Source: the human T2T-CHM13v2.0 reference genome, Homo sapiens
NCBI RefSeq assembly: GCF_009914755.1
Contig: NC_060941.1
Strand: one strand, 5' to 3'
DNA: 64,000 nt
Each line of letters begins with the position of its first letter. Position 1 is the first letter of the stretch. Positions 35,080 to 48,784 of this stretch are shown here, in pieces. The notes under the pieces were generated by a model. That model was not told the origin of the DNA, ran no database searches, and was given only the letters and a program-made list of their open reading frames with translations. A program made the translations under genes and the position numbers.

Positions 35080-35705
35080 TGCTGAGTCATTGAATTGACT
35101 GAAGCTTCAAGGACTAGGGGGTGCTGAGCAGAAATGAAAACACACAATCCTTTCTGTTAGAGATTTGCTCTTTTCGTATTGGCATGTAAACAAGTAAGTC
35201 ACTAAGTGAACTGACGTCACAATTTAGTTTTAGGAAGATGCTTTTCCCAGGCACGATTTGAACTCAGTGGTTTCCTGAATCTAGCAAAGTATGCTGCTTT
35301 GTTTTCTCTTAGATTAATTTTGCCTAATTTTAAAGCTTTGATTCTCTTTTTACGAAGACGAAAATAAATCTCTCTAGTCTGGGCCTTTTTCGTTTCCCAG
35401 GATTATGATTAAAATTATCACTAACTTTTAGATAGTCCAGCACGCACCGGATGACTCTGAAGCCGGTTGGGCAGTGGAGATCGGGAAGAACATGAAAAAG
35501 CTTCAAAGCTTTTGGTTGAGGACATCGGGAGATGTAAACCCCAAACGCGGGTTTTACTTCTCCCCTCCACCCCTCCCCGCAAACCCATGCCTACTCGTTT
35601 TGACTGCTCAGCAATTCTGAGGCCAACCATTTGCAACGGCGAGGAGCAGGGGCTGGTGAGTCAAGGACTGGGCATGGAGTCAGGACTCTTAGGTGCCTTG
35701 ACTCA
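35080..35705. promoter_or_regulatory. Upstream motif cluster of DUSP14: ARE/AP-1, FOX, full CRE, two more AP-1 sites
   Basis: TGCTGAGTCAT 35080-35090; TGTAAACA 35185-35192; TGACGTCA 35212-35219; TGAGTCA 35657-35663; TGACTCA 35699-35705. Motif matches only. Confidence 0.55.
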
Positions 35706-35749
35706 CGGCAGAGCCTTGAGGAAGTCGCTTTGCCTCCCACGTGTCTCCC

Positions 35750-37250
35750 TTCACCTGCCAGAGGCGGAGGGGAGGCGGGGCTGTGCTGGAAAACGTCCGT
35801 TTCGCACCGACTTATGTTACAGATGGGCAGACCTGAATTTTAAAAGACCCTCAGAGTCACACAGCAAATGAGCCCTCAAATGCCCGTGTCCCGCCTGCGC
35901 TCCGGAGAACCCCTGCCCTGCCTCGGGGACTCGGGCGGTGGGTGTGGGCTCCGAGACTCGGACGGCACCTTGGCGTGGCGAGAGCAGGTGGAGATGCGCA
36001 CGGAGGTTGCATGTTCACCTCCGGGTCTCGGGCGCCACGGCTGCCCGTACCTGTTCCAGCAAGCGTCAGCCAGGAACTGCCGCGCTACTGATTTTCCCTT
36101 CGCTCTTGGGTCCCAACCCCCGGGCTCTCCGGGCTAGGGAGGCGGTGGGGTGGGGTCGAGGCCGTCCCGAGCCACCCGCGGCGGCTTCACACCTGTATCG
36201 GATTTGCTTTCTCGCCTTTAATCCTCTCCAATCCCGAAAGCACCCCAGCAGAGCGCCCCCGCAGCCCGCCTCGAGCCCGGCTCATACGCAGACGCTGACT
36301 GGGGAAGCGAGGGGTCGCCGGTGTGTGAGGCAGGGTAAGAGACCAGGGGACCTGCACGGAGGAGCGCTCTAGGGGAGGCTGCTGCCTCGGGAGCTAGGGC
36401 GCGCCCGGACCACACCGCACGGCGCAGAAGCCCAGCGCGCACGCGCGCCGCCTGCCGCCCCGCGCGTCCCCCCGCCCCGCGTCGCGTCCCCCCACCTCGG
36501 GAGAGGGCGGCCAGGCGCAGGGAGCGTGCGCGCGGCCCGCCCCGGGCGCGGGCGGAGGGAGGAGGAGGCGGCGCGCGCGGCGCCCAGCCCGCAGAAGCCG
36601 GTGGCCGCGCAGGAGGACGGAGCCCTAACCGCAACCCGCGCCGCGCCGCGCCGGTAGGGGACCCGCAGGCCCGGGGGTGGGGGTTGTGGGGAAGGTGTTG
36701 GGGTGGGGCGGGAGGGCGGGTCTTCGCGCTTCGGGTCCCTGGGCGCAGGGGGACCCAGAGGCCCGCGCGACCCCGCCTCTGGAAACTTTGTGCCGGCGCC
36801 CCCACCTGCTCCCCGGCGGTCCTTGACTCTTCGGGGCGGCCCGCGGAGGAGAGGCCCGAGACCCTCCGCAGCGCACCCTCGCCGGCCCTGAGCGTGCGCC
36901 CCCTGCCGCTCCCCCGCCGCGCCGCGCCGCCCCCGCGACCCTGTCCCTGTGCCCCGGGGCTCCAGCAGCCTCGGCCGCGCCTCCTCCGTCGCCTTCCGAC
37001 CCCGCTGAGGCCGCCTACTCTCGCTGGCATCCACCCGCTCTGGAGCGCGCCGCCGCTTTTTGCATCTCCCCGAGGTTTCTGGTGCATGGATAGAAGCAAC
37101 TTGACTTTCAGCGATGCCAAGTGTCCAACTTGAGTCTTTCTCTGCGGTGGTAGATGGGTGTGCGCGGTGCTAACATCTGTCTTTTTATTTCTCCTAAGTA
37201 CCCTTGCTCCGGAGCGAAGTTGAGTTGTTGTTTGTAAAGAGGGGGTGCGT
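35750..37250. promoter_or_regulatory. DUSP14: CpG island / DUSP14 promoter
   Basis: Very high GC and CpG density, GC boxes, NRF1 consensus CGCGCACGCGCG at 36436-36447, no obvious TATA box. Confidence 0.93.
36550..36653 (+). other. DUSP14: DUSP14 non-coding exon 1 (TSS approximate)
   Basis: Lies in the CpG island and ends at donor CCG|GTAGGG (36653/36654); matches my recollection of the DUSP14 mRNA leader. Confidence 0.75.
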
Positions 37251-39399
37251 GCTGTGGCCGCCTTAAGTGGATTGTATAACTGTATTTTATTTAGGTGGAT
37301 GTTGCCAGTGGTACCAGCCAGTGTTATGGTAACTGGGCATCCCAGAGGCTAGGGAAGGAGGAGCGACTTACAAATGCAGTTTTACCATGCAGAGATTTTT
37401 TTTTTTTAAAACCACCTTGTACTTTCTATCCAGCAGGACCTCCGGACATTTAGTGTGTGTTAACTCGTTAGCTGTTCATTATCGTTTTATAAGAGAGGGG
37501 GGTGGAGAGCGTTACCATCCCGTTTTACAGATGTAAAAACGGAGGCGAAGAGCAAACTCCGGGTATCCTTAGTAACCTTAAAAGAATAGGGACCAAGAGA
37601 TTTAACCCAGAGTCTCCTGGAATTCCTAGTCCCTAAGGCCACTCAGAAGTATGATGGAATGTTGGACCGTCCTCCCTGACATTCTACAGATCACTTAAGA
37701 GTCAGAGAGGCCGAGGCCAGCCGGCAGCTCCATGCCTGAGACTCAGCTCTGCCACAAAGTTAAGTCACACTGGACAAGTCACAGTTTCTCTCCGCTCATT
37801 TCCTTCCTGCTCTCTAAAACCAGGGGAACAAAGGTGCTGTATTCTTTGCAGAGTTGTGCGTGTGTCTGGAAGCTCCACTCCCTTGAGCTGCGATTTGGTT
37901 ATTGTTAGTTGTTGTGGACTTATAAAGGCCCCCAGTCTTGGTTCCCTTGAGAAATGCAGGGAAGGAGGCACCCCCACAGTGAACGCCTCTTCTTCGCCAG
38001 AGACGCCTGAGAATTCACATCAGGGACACTTCACATCAGGGACAGGCCGGGGCAGAGACCCTGACCTGAGGGAGGGACGAGGGTTGCCACGAGGAGGTAG
38101 GAAGGAGCCCTGCACAGGAGGCTTGACACATGGGCCCTATTCCTGCCTCCAGCTCTGACTCATCTTCTGACGCTTGGGGGAGGAGAGGTAGTTGCTTGGT
38201 ATTTTTGGCTTTCCACCATAAAACTGGAGACAGTTTCCTTCATTCCAAGTCGTTTTAATGTCACTGTTGAACGTGTGTGTCCTGAGTTCTCATCTGAAAG
38301 CTTTCATATCGGTTGACTGCAGGTATGAATTCTGTAATAATAATTAATAGAATGGCATAAATGTATATTCATATCATAAAAGACTAGCCAAGTATGTAAG
38401 TCCAGGAAATCCTTTAATACTTTAACATTTTTAAAAAGTGGGCTTTAGGGAGGGCTATGTTTGATGGGTTCCTTTGCAATTGGGATTTTAAGGCAAAATG
38501 GATTAAAAATGCTTTTCCCAAAATCACAAGAAATACATTAACCATTCTCTGTGAGATTTAAACTTTACTAATAAGGTTAAAGCTTTCTTTTGAACCTCTT
38601 CCTCAAAAGTAACTGCCGAGTGCATCTTGATCGGTTTGTGTATATCTTTTTAGACTTTTCTAAGCATTTTTATAAATGTCCGTTTGCACAAAGTGGTTTT
38701 TTAACCGAAATTAATTATTTTAAAGTTGACTTGTCCTGTTTATAAAGATTTGGCTTCTGTCAAGAACAAGTAATGTGTTTAAGTACAACTGTTGGTAAAG
38801 TTTTAATAATCCTGATAGACGGTGTTACTTCCCAGGGCAAGGGGCAAATTACCCCTTTTAAACAACTTCAAAGTAGTAGAATCATTACGATCCTAGGTTT
38901 TACTCTTAGGTGCTGAATAAAACTTTCCTATTTAAAAAAAAAATCTAGGACTACTAGCCTATTGTCTTGTCTTTGCTTATAAAGAAACGTCAAAGGGAGT
39001 GGAAGACAGGGAGAGTTGCTAAAGCAACCAAGGCCTGGGTATAAACTTACAGAGCTAACATTTAAGATGGCTTTATTATTTATGAAAGCTTCACTTCACC
39101 TGGGTGAAGACAAAGGAAAGTGTTAATGTGGGCACCCTTCAAACCGGTAATTTCAGGAAATGGATGGGTTAAAACAAAATTCATGTCAGGATTCTGTGGA
39201 TTTATATATTATACATTTACCGAGGACTTTTACCATGCTAAAGGTGCTGTGCCTGAATACAGAGGAAGAAGGCAAGTAAGGTCGGTCTCTGACCTTATGA
39301 AGCTGACAGGCAAATAGTGACATTCAGAGAGAGTTGGCCAGAATTGTTGTCATGGTTCTGAATTCCCAGAAATCAACATTAGATTTATTGAATTGTGAA

Positions 39400-40140
<741 letters not shown>

Positions 40141-40530
40141 TGTCAGCCTTGAGTTTGTAAGTCACTGTATTTGCTGTTTAACCACAATTATGCTTGAATA
40201 TTTTCTGAATGAATGAATAAAGGTCCCTGGGTAGTCCGATCCCTGGCCTGTCATGTGCTAGCGTATTTTTATTTAGTTATATGGTTTGGACTAACCACCC
40301 AAATACCAGAAATGGTTTTCCCACTGTGTTTGGTTGACAAATATCTAATGGAATCCTTTCATCAATCTTTTTTTTTTTTTTTTTGGAACAGATGAGTAGT
40401 TACAGGAAATTTTAAATATGCAAAATGAAGTACTAAAAATAAGTGGCTAGTACCTAGATGTTTTTTAAGGCTCTTGAATGAATCCTGCCTCTGGTGAATG
40501 CTTCCATTGTGCCCAGCCCTAAATGTGTAG

Positions 40531-40894
<364 letters not shown>

Positions 40895-42319
40895 TAGTCA
40901 GAATGGTCTTAATCTCCTGACCTCGTGATCCGCCCGCCTCGGCCTCCCAAAATGCTGGGATTACAGGCGTGAGCCACCGCACCCAGCCTTTAAATCTTTT
41001 AAATGTATTTTTCTCCAAATTTTCCTTTGCCTGAGAAAGTAGAAGTAGCTTAGAGCAGAGTTTTTGTCGTTTTTGTTCATTTTCTTTGTAAGAGATGGAG
41101 TCTAGCAGTGTGGCTCAGGCTGGCCTTGAACTGCTGGGCTCAAGGGATCCTCCCACCTCAGCCTCCTAAAAGCTGGGACTGCAGCATGTGCCACATCCAG
41201 CTTGAATTCCTGCTTTGTGAACAGACAGTTACCAGGCTCACTTTGATTGCCCGTGTTTAGTTTTGCCAGCTGGATTTGAAGTGTGTGTGTGAGAGAGAGT
41301 GAGAGAATGTGAGAAAGAGAAGGAGCAGGAGGGAGGGTGTGGGGAGAGGTGGGCAGTTCACCTGAGGGCAGCCGTTAAATTCAGGTGTTCATTGAGTACT
41401 TACCATGTGCCTAGTATTATGTGCTGTGTTTCTGCCCTTAGAGCAGAATGTTACGCAATTCTGTAGGTTTACAAAATACCTCAGGGGAATCCTTTTTAGC
41501 TGGAGGGATGATGGAAGAACACTAGCACAAAGACTGAGATTTGTAGATCCTTTTTATTTCTTCTCTAAAGCATCTTGGAAAATAGCTAAATCACTCTATT
41601 TTCAGTCTTTATTTACATAAGTCACAAAGACTTTTTTGCTCATTATAGTAAAGATTTTTTTTCAGATTCTCTAAAATAATGATAATTTTAGAAACCACAT
41701 GCGGATAAATTAGAAGTTTTCAGGAAAAGACACCCAAAGGAGGAGGAGTAAGAAGTCGTTAGTATGAGAACCTGTTGATCTGAGTGATGGGGGAGGAGCC
41801 CTGTCGTGTTCTTTGTCACCCCTTCGGCCTTCCAGCGGGCAGCTTTCACAAAGGAGCTCCATTTTCCACCTGTTGCAGGGCAGGGGCAGCCTCAGCCTGG
41901 GCGAGGGAGGAGGCCTAGGGCTGAGATCACAGCCATGCCCTTTCATGTGCAGCCCACCCAGCTCACCTGGGCACGTCCCATTCTGTTCTTGCACCAACCT
42001 AGAGCAACCAGAGGTCCGGTTGGGTCAGCTTTTCACACCCCATGCCATGTTGAAACCTCAGTGGACGAGAAGGTTCTTTTGAAGTTCATATGCAACTGCT
42101 GGGTTTACTTCTGTCTTTGTCCCAGAACAGTTTCAGCATCAATGGCCTAGGGCAAGTTTTTTTGTTTGTTTGTTTGTTTGTTTTGACTCCTATGTCTTTG
42201 AGTGTGTGGGTACATATGAGAAAACTCCCTAACTAGAGCATGCTGCTTCTGTTGACTAGTAAACATTATGTGGCAGAGAGCGCCTTCAAAGCACCAGCCT
42301 TCCCTGCCTGGGAAAGTGA

Positions 42320-42635
<316 letters not shown>

Positions 42636-43825
42636 TGAGCCACCGCGCCCAGCCTGCTTTAAGTTTTAAGGAAGCACTTGTAAAAATAAAATCTGGAAGT
42701 ACTGTCAACATACAAATTACATACAAATTTGGAGATTTATAATGAAGAATTTTGCCAATTTAGCTAAAATCTAAATCTTAGATTTAACTAAATCTTTTAA
42801 ATCTTTGTGTTTCATTATAAAACACAAAACATTTATAATGAAGACACACTTCATGTCATCATTATAAATCTTTGGTGTTATCCTGGCTCCTATATAAAGA
42901 GCACTGGCAGGCTCAGGCCAGAAGTGGAGAGGGGGCTTGGACCGACAACTATGTGTTGTTAATTTTCTTCTATTAAAAATATTTTTTACTTTTAGAAATT
43001 GAAATCATATAGAAAATTATGCTGGGCACAGTGGCTCACGCCTATAATCCCAGCACTTTGGGAGGCTGAGGCAGGTGGATCACTTGAGGTCAAAAGTTCA
43101 ATCGAGACTAGCCTGACCAACATGGTGAAACCCCATCTCTTATAAAAATGTAAAAATTAGCCGGGTGTTAGGCCGGGCACGGTGGCTCATGCCTGTAATC
43201 CCAGCACTTTGGGAGGCTGAGGCGGGTGGATCATGAGGTCCGGAGTTCGAAACCAGCCTGACCAACATAGTGAAACCCCGTCTCTACTGAAAATACAAAA
43301 ATTAGCCGGGAGTGGTCGTGGGCCCCTGTAATCCCAGCTACTCCAGAGGCTGAGACAGAGAATTGCTTGAACCTGGGAGGCGGAGGTTCAAGTGAGCCAA
43401 GATCATACCACTGCGATCCAGCTTGAGTGAAAGAGCGAGATTCCATCTCAAACAAACAAAAAATTAGCCGGGTGTGGTGGCATGCACCTGTAATCTCAGC
43501 TACTTGGGAGACTGAGGCAGGAGAATTGCTTGAACCCAGGACGAGGCAGTTGCAGTGAGCAGAGATTGAGCCACTGCACTCCAGCCTGGGCAACAGAGTA
43601 AGACTCTGTCTCAAAAAAAAAAAAAAAAAAGAAAAGAAAATTATTGAAAGCAAATTAACCAGCATCATAACTCACCATTCAAAAATCATTGCTCATACTT
43701 TATCTTTTATAATGCTTAGAAATTAAGTATTATCAAGTCAAAGCTTCCTTGGGCCATTTCTCTTCCCTTCCCACTGAGACAACCACTCCCATGAATTTGG
43801 TACATTTCCTTCCAACTCTATTTAA

Positions 43826-43966
<141 letters not shown>

Positions 43967-44293
43967 TAGCTGGGATTACGGGCACATGCCACCATGCCCA
44001 GCTAATTTTTGTATTTTTAATAGAGATGGGGTTTCACTGTGTTGGCCAGGCTGGTCAAACCCCTGACCTCAAGTGATCCACCTGCCTTGGCCTCCCAGAG
44101 TGCTGGGATTACAGGCATGCGCTACCGCGCCCTGCCTTCAAACTGCTTTTTTGATGAATGTCAAAAGGACATAGAGGCCTGGTGTGGTGGCTCATGCCTG
44201 TAATCCCAGCACTTTGGGAGGCCTAGGGAGGTGGATGGCTTGAGCCCAGGAGTTCGAGTCCAGCCTGGGCAACATGGCAAAACCCTGTCTCTA

Positions 44294-44485
<192 letters not shown>

Positions 44486-44585
44486 CTACAATCCCAGCAC
44501 TTTGGGAAGCTGAGGCCAGCCAGAGTATCACTTGAGCCCGGGAATTCAAGGCCAGCCTGGGCAACGTGGCAAAACCCTGTCTCTA

Positions 44586-44777
<192 letters not shown>

Positions 44778-44962
44778 TTATTTTGTACTGTCACATATGT
44801 TCTATGTTTAGGGGATGGAACTCTTAGAGCATTTCACATTTCACATGATATTTCTTTTTTTTCCTTTTTGTCACATGATGTTTCTTGTTAACAAAAATTG
44901 GAGAAGTATTTAGTGTTTTACAGAGCTTCAATTACTTGGTGTAAACTTTCAGCCAAAGGTGA

Positions 44963-45317
<355 letters not shown>

Positions 45318-45504
45318 TAGATTGTATCTTAAATCCAAATGACTACTGTATTATATGAAAGTAATCAGTTTTTTTTTTTTTTTACAAAAATTACACTTAC
45401 GGAGTTTCTTATTCCATTTATCCTCCTAGAAAGTACAGGAGATATTTTTTCCACAATATCAGATTACTCTTAATAATATTTTTAGATTCCTTCTAAAAAG
45501 GTAC

Positions 45505-45650
45505 TTACTAGAAATGTGAATTCCCAGGCCTTCACTTCCAGAAATTCTGATTAATTAGGTCTGGGGTGGGGTCTAGGAGTCTGCATTCTAACAGGCAGCC
45601 CAGGTGATTCTCGTGTAGGACTCCTTGGGAGCACACTTTGAAGAATGCGT
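45505..45650. mobile_element. MER5A-like hAT MITE
   Basis: TAGAAATGTGAATTCCCAGGCC...GGTCTGGGGTGGGG...CTGCATTCTAACAGG...CAGGTGATTCT...CACACTTTGAAGAA. Confidence 0.7.
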
Positions 45651-45700
45651 CTACTATGCTGTGATGGTTTTATAACTTACTAATTTCAACCAAGGATTGG

Positions 45701-46004
45701 TGTAGTAGCCCATTCTCACGCTGCTATGAAGAACTGCCTGAGACTGGGTAATTTATAAAGGAAAGAGGTTTAATTGACTCGCTGTTCCACATTGCTGGGG
45801 AGGCCTCAGGAAACTTACAGTCAGTGCAGGCAGGGGAAATGCCAGACGCTTATAAAACCATCAGGTCTCATGCAACTCACTCAAAATCACCAGAACAGCA
45901 TGGGGGAAACCGCCCCCACCTGGTCCTGCCCTTGACACGTGGGGATTATGGGAATTACAATTCAAGGTGAGATTTGAGTGGGGACACAGAGCCTAACCAT
46001 ATCA
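45701..46004 (-). mobile_element. Solo MaLR LTR (THE1/MST family)
   Basis: TG...CA ends; reverse complement starts TGATATGGTTAGGCTCTGTGTCCCCAC; GAGACTGGGTAATTTATAAAGGAAAGAGGTTTAATTGACTC core; 5-bp TSD ATTGG/GTTGG. Confidence 0.88.
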
Positions 46005-47994
46005 GTTGGCAAACTTTCTTTTTTTTATTTTTTAAATTTTTTTATTTTAAGAGATGGGGTCTCACTGTTTGGCTCAGTCTGGAGTACAGTGGCATGATCC
46101 TGGCTCACTGCAGCCTCGAACTCCTGGGCTCAAGCAATCCTCCTGCCTTGGCCTCCCAAAGTACTGGGATTACAGGTGTGAGCCACCACACCCGACCCTC
46201 TAGAAGTGTTTTTGTTTGTTTGTTTGTTTTTGGTTTTTTGAGACAGAGTTTCGCTCTTTCACGCAGGCTGGAGTGAACTGGCGCGATCTCGGCTCACTGC
46301 AACCTCCATCCCCCCGGGTTCAAGCGATTCTCCTGCCTCAGCCTCCCGAGTAGCTGGGATTATAGGTGCCCACCACCACACCTGGCTAATTTTTATATTT
46401 TTAGTAGAGACGGGGTTTCACCGTGTTGGCCGGGCTGGTCTCAAACTCCTGACCTCAGGTGATCCACTCACCTCGGCCTCCCAAAGTGCTAGGATTACAG
46501 GCGTGAGCCACCATGCCCAGCCTAGAAATGTTTTACTAATTAGTAATGTAGTCTTCTAAAGGGAACTATTACATTGTCATATTGTGTTTCCAGACAGTAT
46601 TTTTTCAGTTAAAGCCAAGGGAATAACTTCAGGATCCTCTGCCTTGGGACCCCTCTCGTTCAGCTGAAAACTTCATCCCTCCCTTTGCTGTAGGATGGCA
46701 CAGACACCCAGTTGCCCTCACAGTGCAGTCGGACTGCTCTCAGCATGGGAGCGGGCATGGCCTTCGCCAGTTGCCTCCATCCCGCTGAAGCAGAAGACTC
46801 AGCTGTTTACCTCACCCTGCTCGGAAACTCTAGCGTGGTAATTATAGGTGCCTTTGATTTGTAAAGAAAAATGGGAAATTAATTTATTAGTACATTATAA
46901 GTGAAGTTAATTTGGTATAAAATCACTAAAAGATGTGGAATTGGGCCAGGTATATGGTAAGGAAGTCCTCATAGGGTGAAGGTTGAAACTCTCCGCTGGA
47001 GCTTTAAGGATTTTGATATGTCTGATGAGACATCAAAGATGATCAAAGGGTGATTATTAACTACTGAGCTGTTAGTCCTGTGAACTTTATTCTAATTTAT
47101 AAATTCTGTTCTTTATCTTCCCTTAAAGTAGTAATGAGCTTGTAAGGACTGAAATCTTATTTATGAAAAGACCTGCATTTTCTGAGATGTCATGGTCTTG
47201 CTTCTCAGAGGGCAGTAGTAACTTTGACAGTTTTGAGGCAAACTCACACCTACCTGGGTTTTATTGCTGATTAGTGATTTTTTTAAGCACTTTGCCTCTA
47301 GATGTTCTGAGTTACATAAATAACAGTTTATCATTTAACCAAGCACATATGATTCACATTTAATTTTTACCACTTAGTCCTGGAAGACTTTAAAATGTTA
47401 TTTATATAAGCCATTGCTCAAATTGGTTTCCAGTTATCATTAAACAAGTTTAAATACAGCTGTGGACTTTTGCGAGCTTTTTATTGGATATTTCACACCC
47501 GAAGACCATCTTGTACCACCAACAGTTTAGGATTCTTAGAGATTACTCCCCAGACTGTAGACGTAAAGCACAATCACATCGACCTGACCTTATGTTCCTT
47601 AACTCCTTTCTTGCTGCAGTTTCCCGCCCCCTCCCCGCCCCAGCCAGTGAAATGTACATTTTGGTAGACTTTGAATGGATGGATCCATTGTGGTCCAATT
47701 GTATGACTGAGCCACAAATGGACAACTCATGGAAGGACGGTTCTGGTCCCAGTGGGGCTACTAATTTTCAATGTAGAGTCTGGGAAAGCTTCTTAACCTC
47801 CATTTACCTCTGATTCTCTGGGAACTGCAACAGCAGAATGATACTGATCCGGGAGAGGCTGAGCAGTGCTTACGTGGCTTATGTGGGACAGATGCCCGAA
47901 CGTGCTGCCACAGGTCAGATGGGGCAGAATGAGGCAGATTTTCACATTGTATTAAGTTAGTTTTTAATGAGTTTAATCTTCAGTTTGCACTTTT

Positions 47995-48150
47995 CAAAAA
48001 CTGTGTATACAGATCACCTGGGATCTTGTTAACCTGCTGGAGCCGATTCGGTAGGTCTTGGAATAGAGCCTGCGTTCTGCATTTCTTTCAAGCCTCCAGG
48101 TGGTATTGATGCTGCTGGGGCTTGGATCACACTTGCTAAATGGTGAGGGC
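47995..48150. mobile_element. MER5A-like hAT MITE
   Basis: ATCACCTGGGATCTTGTTAA...CTGCATTTCT..CAAGCCTCCAGGTG..TGATGCTGCTGG. Confidence 0.65.
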
Positions 48151-48155
48151 TGTAG

Positions 48156-48428
<273 letters not shown>

Positions 48429-48784
48429 TGAACTCCTGACCTCAGGCAATCTGCCTGCCTCGGCCTTCCAAAGTGCTGGGATTATAGGCATGAGCCACCG
48501 TGCCTGGCCAAGGGGGCTCTTGAAAGGCAAGAATGGGAGGAGAAAAAGCATGGTATACAATCTATAAAACAACTCCCCAAGAAACAACTCAGGTTTTCAG
48601 TACTATGGGCTGTTTTTACTTTGCTTTGATCACCAGTTTTTTTGTACCAGTTGTTTCGTTCACTCAATGGTAGTCCATCTCTTACTGTTATTCAGTTGTT
48701 TTTATATGTGTATCTTGTGTCATTTCTGTTAGATGATAAAATCCTAGCACAGGGTTATGCCTTATGTTACCTGTATATCCCTGC

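Noticed and set aside
36622-36637. Telomere-like CCCTAACCGCAACCC
   Set aside because: Only one canonical unit; likely chance in GC-rich DNA.
36218-37133. Long ORFs (300, 221 and 149 aa) over the CpG island
   Set aside because: Low-complexity Arg/Gly/Pro/Ala ORFs in several frames are expected from stop-codon scarcity in very GC-rich DNA; no recognisable domain.
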